Shown: one piece after another, positions 56,007 to 64,000 of the stretch
Numbering within the stretch: position 1 is the stretch's first letter
Layout of the letters: each line of letters opens with the position of its first letter
Assembly: GCA_977020255.1 (NCBI GenBank)
Contig: CDROCS010000253.1
Location: 3,720,001 to 3,784,000, forward strand
Reading direction: 5' to 3'
Length of the DNA: 64,000 nucleotides
Source: Obrimoposthia wandeli
Lineage: Eukaryota
The notes under the pieces: generated by a model
The model's database searches: none
Told to the model about the DNA's origin: nothing
Seen by the model: the letters and a program-made list of their open reading frames with translations, nothing else
Position numbers and translations under genes: made by a program

Positions 56007-56816
56007 ATGCGATCAGCTTTTTATATCTCAGATGGTACCGCCATAACTTCAGAAGTTTTTGGTCATGCGCTATTATCACTTTTCCCTACTGAATTTGAGC
56101 ACCATACCATTTCATTTATTGAAACCACCGAAAAAGCGCTCGCTGCCAAAGAGCGTATTAACAAAGCAACCAACCGCGGAGGTAAACCTGCGTTAGTGTT
56201 TCATACTTTTGTAAATAATGAGGTGCGTGAAATTATCGAAAGCTGTGATGCAGTACTTTATAACTTTTTAGAACCCTTTGTTGCCCCTCTTGAAAAAGAG
56301 TTAGCAATAAAAGCGAAACCTAAAAAGCATAGAACCCATAGCATTCATGAAAAAAGCTATGATTACCGAATAGAAGCAGTGAATTATGCCTTAGCCAATG
56401 ATGATGGTTCAAATGTCACTAACTATGAGGAAGCAGATGTTATCTTAGTGGGTGTTTCACGTTCAGGAAAAACACCCAGTGCACTCTATTTAGCCCTACA
56501 ATATGGCATTAAAGCGGCAAACTATCCCTTTACTGATGATGATATGGAAGAGCTTAAAATTCCTAGTTTCTTAAAACCTTTTCATAAAAAGATGTTCGGT
56601 TTAACGATAGATGCACAGCGCCTAATCGATATTCGAGATGGCCGAATGGCTAACAGTAAATACTCCTCAGCAAGACAATGCCGTATGGAAGTAAGAGAAG
56701 TAGAAAAACTCTATAAAAATGAGAAGATACCTTTCATCAATACTACCAAGCTTTCTGTTGAAGAGATTACCGCTAAAATACTGACTGAAACAGGGTTACA
56801 GCGTTACAAATATTAA
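56007..56816 (+). CDS. ppsR: PEP synthase regulatory protein (kinase/pyrophosphorylase)
   Basis: SDGTAITSE, GVSRSGKTP; divergent from ppsA. Confidence 0.95.
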   Translation: MRSAFYISDGTAITSEVFGHALLSLFPTEFEHHTISFIETTEKALAAKERINKATNRGGKPALVFHTFVNNEVREIIESCDAVLYNFLEPFVAPLEKELAIKAKPKKHRTHSIHEKSYDYRIEAVNYALANDDGSNVTNYEEADVILVGVSRSGKTPSALYLALQYGIKAANYPFTDDDMEELKIPSFLKPFHKKMFGLTIDAQRLIDIRDGRMANSKYSSARQCRMEVREVEKLYKNEKIPFINTTKLSVEEITAKILTETGLQRYKY

Positions 56817-56930
56817 ATTAAATGACGAATATCAATTTATTGGTAAATTATTCCATTTTTATTGCGTTATATTAATTTATTATGAGTTAACGGTTCACAT
56901 CAGCGACTAATTTAGCTATGTTATCGCGCA

Positions 56931-56976
56931 TATACCCGTTCCACTTGAAGATGCATCTTCAAGTGGAACGGGTATA
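56931..56976. repeat. perfect 46-bp palindrome = two fused MITE termini
   Basis: TATACCCGTTCCACTTGAAGATG|CATCTTCAAGTGGAACGGGTATA; the arm matches 49409-49431. Confidence 0.95.
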
Positions 56977-57073
56977 AATCACTGTATGGTATGCGTGATA
57001 TGTGCAGCTTGCTGCCTGCCCATAAAGAAGCCAAACCTAAACCAAACTTAAATAAAACAAGTATTAGAATTTC

Positions 57074-58126
57074 ATGACGATTAAAACTGATGAATTACGT
57101 ACCACACTCATTGAAAATTTAGCCTCACCTGCACAGCTTGCTGAGCAAATTCCTTTAAGTTCTGCGACTGCAGATTTTATAATGCAAAGCCGCAAAGATA
57201 TTGAAGCGGTCATTAGTGGTGAAGACAAGCGTTTATTAGTCATAATTGGCCCTTGCTCTATTCACGATACAACAGCTGCTATTGATTACGCTAAAAAACT
57301 GACCGTATTACGTGACAAGTATAAAAATGAATTACTCATTGTTATGCGCGTTTACTTTGAAAAACCACGTACTACCGTTGGTTGGAAAGGCTTAATTAGC
57401 GACCCTGATTTAGACAAGTCATTTCATGTTGCCAAAGGTTTAAAACTTGCGCGTAACTTATTAGTCGAAATTAATGACTTAGGGCTGCCTGCAGGTACTG
57501 AATTTTTAGATATGGTTACCGGTCAATATATTTCTGACTTAATCAGCTGGGGCGCTATTGGCGCACGTACCACTGAAAGCCAAGTTCACCGTGAATTAGC
57601 CTCGGCCCTGTCTTGCCCTGTTGGCTTTAAAAATGGTACTGACGGTAATGTTAAAATTGCCCTTGACGCTATTCAAGCTTCAAGCGTACCGCATGTCTTA
57701 TATTCACCGGATAAAAGTGGCCAAATGTGTATTTACCAAACGCATGGCAATCCATTTGCTCACGTAATTTTACGTGGCGGCAAAGTACCTAATTACCATG
57801 CTGAAGATATTAAAGATACTTGCCAGAGACTTGAAAAAGCGTCATTACCACAAAGTATTATGGTTGATTGTAGCCATGGTAATAGCTATAAAGATCACAA
57901 TAAACAAATTGATGTTGCACGCTCTATTGCTGATCAGATCAGCCAAGGTGAAGACAGTCTTTTTGGTGTAATGATTGAAAGCTTTATCGAAGAAGGTAAT
58001 CAAGCGGTTAAAGCTGGTACACCGTTAACCTACGGAAAAAGCATTACCGATGCTTGTATTGACTTAACCGTCAGTGACGATATTTTAGCGTTGTTGGCTG
58101 ATTCAGTGAAAACGCGTTTCGTTTAA
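57074..58126 (+). CDS. aroH: class I DAHP synthase (AroF/G/H family; position matches aroH)
   Basis: IGPCSIHD, YFEKPRTTVGWKG, IGARTTESQ, DCSHGNS, SITDAC; isoenzyme name from synteny only. Confidence 0.85.
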   Translation: MTIKTDELRTTLIENLASPAQLAEQIPLSSATADFIMQSRKDIEAVISGEDKRLLVIIGPCSIHDTTAAIDYAKKLTVLRDKYKNELLIVMRVYFEKPRTTVGWKGLISDPDLDKSFHVAKGLKLARNLLVEINDLGLPAGTEFLDMVTGQYISDLISWGAIGARTTESQVHRELASALSCPVGFKNGTDGNVKIALDAIQASSVPHVLYSPDKSGQMCIYQTHGNPFAHVILRGGKVPNYHAEDIKDTCQRLEKASLPQSIMVDCSHGNSYKDHNKQIDVARSIADQISQGEDSLFGVMIESFIEEGNQAVKAGTPLTYGKSITDACIDLTVSDDILALLADSVKTRFV

Positions 58127-58147
58127 ATAATCGATAGTTATTCAAAT

Positions 58148-58180
58148 AAAAAAACCTTAGTTTTTGACTAAGGTTTTTTT
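58148..58180. terminator. bidirectional terminator
   Basis: AAAAAAACCTTAG-tttttga-CTAAGGTTTTTTT. Confidence 0.8.
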
Positions 58181-58189
58181 CGCGCTGAT

Positions 58190-58669
58190 TTATATTTTTT
58201 CTAATAAACCATCACTTGCCGCTTCAACTAAATCGAGTACATAATCAAAACCTCTGGCGCCACCATAATAAGGATCAGGCACCTGTTCTTCTTCATGTCC
58301 GGTAGCAAAATCTAGCATTAGCTGTATTTTGTATTGCATCGCTGGTGGTGCTACTTTTTTTAACTCTTCAACGTTATCATGATCCATCGCTAAAATGAGG
58401 TCAAAGTCGTTAAAATCTTGCACTGTAACTTTACGTGCTTTCATGCCATCAAAAGAATAACCACGTGCAACACCTGCTTTTTGAGCACGGTGATCGGGTT
58501 TCTCTTTGGCATGTGCACCCACAGTACCGGCAGAGTCGACTTTCAATGCTAAACCTTTTGTTTTCATTTTATGTCTAAAAACAGCTTCCGCACTGGGCGA
58601 GCGACAGAGATTACCCATACAGACAAATAAAACTGAATTAATTCCCTTTACGTTTAAACTGTTAGACAT
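58190..58669 (-). CDS. low molecular weight protein-tyrosine phosphatase
   Basis: CMGNLCRS P-loop, DSAGT, DPYY. Confidence 0.93.
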   Translation of the reverse strand: MSNSLNVKGINSVLFVCMGNLCRSPSAEAVFRHKMKTKGLALKVDSAGTVGAHAKEKPDHRAQKAGVARGYSFDGMKARKVTVQDFNDFDLILAMDHDNVEELKKVAPPAMQYKIQLMLDFATGHEEEQVPDPYYGGARGFDYVLDLVEAASDGLLEKI

Positions 58670-58806
58670 TGCTTCACACCATTTCCAAATAGTAATTTTG
58701 TTAGTTCCATAACATTACAACAACAGGTGTTTTAATGTTAAGGCGTTTGTTTTGATACTTTATTGTCTATTTTTTTCAGCAACAAATAAAGTAAAATATT
58801 TATTAT

Positions 58807-61071
58807 TAACCAATTTTTTGATATTGAATTACCGTCGGTAAAACTTGCGCACATACAGGCTTACTATATATACCCGTTACCATTCAAGATGCAGGTTTCA
58901 GAGTGCTTGAGCAATTTCAATTCAAGGCGCTGTGATGAAATAATGGTTGTTCCATTATAAGTCGCAGCAACGATGAAGTGATGTTGCTCAAGCGCTTCTT
59001 TGATGGGTTTAAAATCACTTTATACAGCGTTAAATAATCAAACCATAGAATGACTATGCTTAAATTATTTACCTTGCCTAAAGTGGTTTTAATTCCCACT
59101 GAAATCCTGCACTTTGATTGGTAACGGGTATAAATACCCCTGCATTATTTGGCAACCTCGCTCTATCAAGAAGGTTTTCTGCGCTTCAGTCTCAACGCCT
59201 TCAGCAACAATATCTAAATCAAGGTTTTGCGCTAAAGTAATAATTGACGAGGTTATTTGGCTTTCTCTATAGTTATGCGGTAATTTGGCAATAAAACTTG
59301 CATCTATTTTAAGGGTATCAATAGGTAAACTGGTTAAGTAGCTTAAGGATGAAAAACCCGTACCAAAGTCATCTAGTGCAACTTTTACCCCCATACTTTT
59401 AAGCTGTCTTAAAATACCCGTAGCTTTGTCCATCTGCTTAATGAAGCAACCCTCTGTGACCTCAATCTCTAATAACTCCGCAGGTAATTGACTTTGTGCT
59501 AGCACCGACTCTACTGAAGCCACAAGGTTACCTTGATGAAAGTGTAATGCTGAAATATTTACCGCTATTCGGCCACAATCAAGTCCTTGATCTAACCATA
59601 ACTTTCGTTGTTTACAAGCATGTTCTAATACCCAATGGTCAACCTCAGCAATAAAACCAAGTTCCTCAACCATAGGAATAAACTGCGCTGGTGATACTTG
59701 CCCTAGAATAGGGTTAGACCAGCGTAACAGTGCCTCAACACCCATGACTTTACCAGTAACACCATTTATTTGCGCTTGGTAATTCAATACCAGTTCATTG
59801 TGATCCAGCGCTAAACGAAGGTGACTTTGTGTTAAGGAGCGCTCTAGTGAATGAGCATTCATTGCCGGCGTAAATAATTGAAATGAATTACGGCCAACAC
59901 CTTTGGCTCGATACATAGCAATATCGGCATTTTTCATCAACTCTTCTTCGTTTGTACCATCTTCAGGATAAACGGCGATACCAATAGAGGTTGTTATAGT
60001 AAGCGCATGACCTTCAATATTATAAGGCTGACGTAAATTTTCAACTATGCGGTTACAAGCTTTACAAATATCGTCGACTGCACGCATATCTGTTAGTAAT
60101 AAGGTAAATTCATCTCCGCCAATGCGGGCAATGGTATCCCCTTCTTTTGAGCTTTCAGTCAAACGCTTAGCAAAACTTTGTAATAGTTTATCGCCAATAC
60201 GATGACCAAAGTTGTCATTAACCTCTTTAAAATAATCTAAATCAATGAAGAACAAAGCTGTTGATAAAATTCACTAGAATGTCTGCCTGAACTTAATATA
60301 TTTGAATTATTTCCTAACACTTCAATTTCTTGATAACCTGTCACGCGAGTAAATGCAGGGTTAATTGAGATAATGCTGCCCAGTTCATCGGTGATCATAA
60401 TGCCATCTAAAGAGGCTTCTATAATTTTCTCAGCTACCAATAAGTGTTTTTTTAGTACATTCGCCCCTCGCTAACAGGCTAAGTAAATCTCGTTCGGTGA
60501 CAATACCATATTGCTTTAATTCACTATTGAAAATGAGTGTAGACGAACAATTATCTTGTTTCATCTGCTCTGCCACATTGTCTAAGCCACAATCATGTTG
60601 CAGTACGTGTTGGTTTTTTTTATAGCTGCTTGCTACTAACTTTGCTTGTAAGTAATGCTCTATACCTTGGTTTTTAATAACATCAGTTTAACTGACAATA
60701 CCCACAGGGAGGTTATTGGCATCAACGACAATAAAGTGTCTAACACCGTGATGTCTAAACTTCGTCGCTAACTTATTAACCGCAACCTCTTGATTAATCG
60801 TTAGTACCGGTGAGCTCATTAACTCACCAATACTTATATTAAAGTGCTCTTGATTGCTAAAATCAATTTTACGACAATCAGCTTCGGTCCATATACCAAG
60901 AGTAAGGTTACTTTCAATAATAATTGAGCTTATATTACGCGCTCTCATACGATTAGCGGCAATATTAATTTTTGTCTCAGGCGGACAAGTTAAAATAGTA
61001 GATTGCATAATATCTTTAACTATTAAGTTAAGCTCTGGTATTTTAGTATGGTGCAAGCTATCTCTTCCCAT
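58807..61071 (-). pseudogene. CBS-PAS-GGDEF-EAL c-di-GMP gene broken by a stop, two frameshifting lesions and a MITE
   Basis: TAA at 60688-60690 in GIVS*TD; frame change near 60465; PAS-to-GGDEF jump near 60260; GGDEF and EAL motifs intact in 59089-60255; original stop at 58807-58809. Confidence 0.85.
58871..59130. mobile_element. ERIC-like MITE, full 260-bp copy with TA duplication, inserted in the EAL gene 3' end
   Basis: ends TACCCGTTACCATTCAAGATGCAGG / CCTGCACTTTGATTGGTAACGGGTA; removal with one TA restores QGYLYSKP. Confidence 0.92.
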
Positions 61072-61312
61072 AAAATATATCGGCGTAACTGAATCAGCTA
61101 TTGCTGCTAAACATTAAGGCAATTGTATATTCTGAGCTTTAATAGGGATATTTTACTAAAGTTCTCACTGTGAAAAGATGATCTAGCGTAGTGATTTTTA
61201 ACCAAATTCAAGACCGATTTATGCGTGTAGTTAGAATATGTTCAATGTGATTAATATGACCCATAACATGACAAGTAAAATCCCACCTAATGTTTTAAAG
61301 TAGGAAGATGAC

Positions 61313-61780
61313 ATGACACCCGCAATTAATACCGCCAAGAAGAAGAAAGTGCTTTATCACGTTCATGAGTATACACATGATGCAGCAAGTGAGTCTTATG
61401 GTGATGAAGCGGCACAAAAATTAGGTATCTCAGCCGATAGAGTTTTTAAAACGTTAGTGGTGAGTATTGATAATAAGGCACTGGTGGTAGCAATAATACC
61501 GGTGTCGGCGATGTTAAGTATGAAGTTAATCGCTAAGGCATACGGTGGTAAAAAAGCCACTATGGCATTAAAAACCGATGTTGAACGTTCTACTGGTTAT
61601 GTACTGGGTGGCGTTAGTCCGCTGGGACAAAAGAAGCGCTTGAATACTTTTATTGATTCATCAGCAGTCCTATTCACTACGGTGTTTGTTAGCGCCGGTA
61701 AAAGAGGTTTGGAGATAGAATTAAACCCACAAGATTTACAAAAACTGACTCAAGCCAAATTAGCTGAGCTCTGTCAGTAA
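61313..61780 (+). CDS. ybaK: Cys-tRNA(Pro) deacylase
   Basis: MTPAIN, VFKTLV, TGYVLGGVSPLGQKK, SAGKRG. Confidence 0.93.
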   Translation: MTPAINTAKKKKVLYHVHEYTHDAASESYGDEAAQKLGISADRVFKTLVVSIDNKALVVAIIPVSAMLSMKLIAKAYGGKKATMALKTDVERSTGYVLGGVSPLGQKKRLNTFIDSSAVLFTTVFVSAGKRGLEIELNPQDLQKLTQAKLAELCQ

Positions 61781-61804
61781 ACTATAGAAGTATAAAACAG
61801 ACAC

Positions 61805-61838
61805 AAAAAAGCGGTAGTGCTTTACAGTACTACCGCTT
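61805..61838. terminator. terminator between ybaK and peptidase
   Basis: AAAAAAGCGGTAGT...ACTACCGCTT. Confidence 0.65.
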
Positions 61839-61879
61839 GACGTTAAACGCTGATCTTACCTTTGCTTGTAACGCTACTA

Positions 61880-63553
61880 TTATCTTTTAAACTCAGATGT
61901 TTTGCTCCATTGTGGCCAAACATCTGATTCAGATAACTCAACGCCAATTTCAAAAAACAATTGCATATCTTCAACAGCGCCGGTTAAATCCCAATCTTGG
62001 GTATATTCATCACAAAGACCGTGATAACACTTACTAAGAATTGGGTCTAACTTAACGCGTAAATCTGCCGTTGCTTGGTCAGCCGGAATAGAGCCACCTT
62101 TTGCATATAACGCAGGAATACCAACGTTAGCAAAAGCGAAATGATCAGAGCGATAGTAAATGCCTGCCGCTGGTCTTGGATCACCCGAAATTATACGGTT
62201 TTGTTTGACAGCCGCTTTCGTTAAAAAGTTATCAAGTTCAGATTGCCCTAAACCATATACCGCAACATCTTTACTCTTACCATTAGCATTTAGTGCATCC
62301 ATGTTAATGTTAGCAACGGTTTTAGCTGCAGGGATCACTGGATTTGCTGCATAAAACTTAGAACCAAGTAAGCCCTGCTCCTCTGCCGTTACCGCTAAGA
62401 ATGTTACTGAACGATCAGGTCGATTCGGTAATTTTGAAAAAGCTTCTGCTACTTCAATCAAAGCTGCCGTACCTGTCGCATTATCACGGGCACCATTATA
62501 AATTTGGTCGCCTGTTTTGGTTAAATCTGTACCTAAGTGATCCCAATGCGCTGAGTATAAAATATGCTCGCCCGCTTGTTTTTGACCAGGTAAAGTTGCA
62601 ATAAAGTTATATGAAATTGAATTTTTGATAGTATTTTTAACAGTAATAGAGGCATCTAAATTACCCATATCAATATTAAAACTGCCTTGTGCGGCGCGTT
62701 CTTTCATTTTATCAAAATCTAGACCTGCTTTTGCAAATAACTCAGCGGCAACAGTACTGTTAACCCAACCTTCCACTGCAACGCGATCTTTATTTAAATC
62801 GTCACGTTGAAAACTAAATTGCGGACCAGTCCAAGAATTTTTAACTACCGACCAGCCATATGAAGCCGGTGCAGTTTCATGAATGATAATTGCCCCTTCA
62901 GCACCTTGACGGCTCGCTTCTTCATATTTGTAAGTCCAACGACCATAATAGGTCATGGCATTACCATTAAAAACATCAGGGTCTTGTGTAGCGAAACCAG
63001 GGTCATTAACTAAAATAACAACCGTTTTACCCTTAACATCAAGATCTTTATAATCGTTCCAGTTGTATTCTGGCGCATTAACACCGTAACCCACAAAAAC
63101 AAGCTCAGAATTTTTAAGCTGTTCTAATTCACTGATTCGAGCACTACCCATGACCATATCAGTGCCGTGCTGGTAATTTTTACCACCAATGGACAATGTC
63201 ATATCGCTTGACGCTTCAATGGATACTAACGGTACTTCTTGTAAAAAGCTGTCACCATTACCTGGCTTAAAGCCAATAGCAGTAAACTGCTCAGTTAAAT
63301 ATTCAAGAGTTAGTCTTTCACCTTCGCTTGATGGCGCACGACCACCAAATTTATCAGAAGATAATACTTTTACATGGTCAATTAATTGCGCAGTATTAAT
63401 GCTGTCATAGCTAGCACTAATATCTTGGGCGCTATTCCCTTGTAAAGAGTTAACTTGCGAAGCACTAACTTGTGAAGAGTCATCAGATTTTGTGGCAACA
63501 CAACCTACCAATACTGCTGCCGATAAAATCGATAATCCAATTTTTTTTATCAT
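61880..63553 (-). CDS. M28 family metallopeptidase lipoprotein with PA domain
   Basis: lipobox LVGC; AHWDHLG, GARDNATG, TAEEQGLLGS, NMD, RSDH, YH. Confidence 0.9.
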   Translation of the reverse strand: MIKKIGLSILSAAVLVGCVATKSDDSSQVSASQVNSLQGNSAQDISASYDSINTAQLIDHVKVLSSDKFGGRAPSSEGERLTLEYLTEQFTAIGFKPGNGDSFLQEVPLVSIEASSDMTLSIGGKNYQHGTDMVMGSARISELEQLKNSELVFVGYGVNAPEYNWNDYKDLDVKGKTVVILVNDPGFATQDPDVFNGNAMTYYGRWTYKYEEASRQGAEGAIIIHETAPASYGWSVVKNSWTGPQFSFQRDDLNKDRVAVEGWVNSTVAAELFAKAGLDFDKMKERAAQGSFNIDMGNLDASITVKNTIKNSISYNFIATLPGQKQAGEHILYSAHWDHLGTDLTKTGDQIYNGARDNATGTAALIEVAEAFSKLPNRPDRSVTFLAVTAEEQGLLGSKFYAANPVIPAAKTVANINMDALNANGKSKDVAVYGLGQSELDNFLTKAAVKQNRIISGDPRPAAGIYYRSDHFAFANVGIPALYAKGGSIPADQATADLRVKLDPILSKCYHGLCDEYTQDWDLTGAVEDMQLFFEIGVELSESDVWPQWSKTSEFKR

Positions 63554-63595
63554 AATTATTATACTTATTCTGTGAAAAAAGATGGTCGGAGTATA

Positions 63596-63903
63596 TACCC
63601 ATTATCATTCAAAGTGCAGGATTTCAGTGGGAATTAAAATGACTTTAAGCAAGGAAAATAATTTAAGCATAGTCATTCTATGGTTTGATTATTTAACGCA
63701 GTATAAAGTGATTTTAAACCCATCAAAGAAGCGCTTGAGCAACATCACTTCATCGTTGCTGTGATTTATAATGACGCTACATGGATGTAGCCTATTAGAG
63801 AATGCAGGTGCATATTCTCCTGAATAACCCTTATTGCATCACAGCGCCTTAAATTGAAATTGCTCAAGTACTCTGAAACATGCATCTTGATTGGTAACGG
63901 GTA
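63596..63903. mobile_element. ERIC-like MITE, 308-bp copy (inverted relative to 58871) with nested 48-bp insert
   Basis: long identical stretches with 58871-59130; TA at 63594-95 and 63904-05; extra segment 63773-63820. Confidence 0.9.
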
Positions 63904-64000
63904 TAAAGGGTCTCAAAACAACTAACCAGTATCGAGATGTAAATCTCCGCAAGACAACAAACACAAACTGTCATGGTCAGTTTCCACAAGAGTAAATAAT

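Noticed and set aside
58917-59099. 60-aa ORF nearly identical in part to ORF 63582-63764 (NNLSIVILWFDYLT...)
   Set aside because: Both lie in MITE copies; similarity reflects repeat identity, starts and ends differ, no evidence of coding selection.

Overview
AT-rich marine gammaproteobacterial chromosome segment; gene content and order suggest Alteromonadales/Colwellia-like (inference). Core blocks: thrS-infC-rpmI-rplT with an intact tRNA-anticodon-mimic operator, pheS-pheT-ihfA about 37.6 kb away, ydiJ-ppsA-ppsR-DAHP synthase, purC, ttcA, norM, ybaK. Accessory content: (1) a decaying island at tRNA-Val(GAC) (from 14270 to at least 21035) with a nonsense-mutated P4-type integrase, an HNH nuclease + DUF6988-like pair, a 5'-truncated Ski2-like helicase, a truncated radC, and a HUH/Y1 transposase bounded by 18-bp imperfect inverted repeats, one end duplicated, the other exactly at the helicase breakpoint; (2) a 15 kb alkaline-phosphatase-superfamily locus: PafA-like phosphatase, two secreted CTAGR-type sulfatases, an octaheme c-type cytochrome-TPR protein and a full MoxR/DUF58/VWA/TPR/BatD operon, with no known sulfatase maturase in the window (best candidate for an undescribed system); (3) five members of an ERIC-like TA-targeting MITE family: two full copies, a divergent copy, a truncated copy and a collapsed 46-bp palindrome. 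One full copy is inserted in the 3' end of a multiply broken CBS-PAS-GGDEF-EAL gene; the other carries a nested 48-bp insert. No CRISPR array or rRNA seen. All family assignments come from motif recognition by eye; no database search was run.
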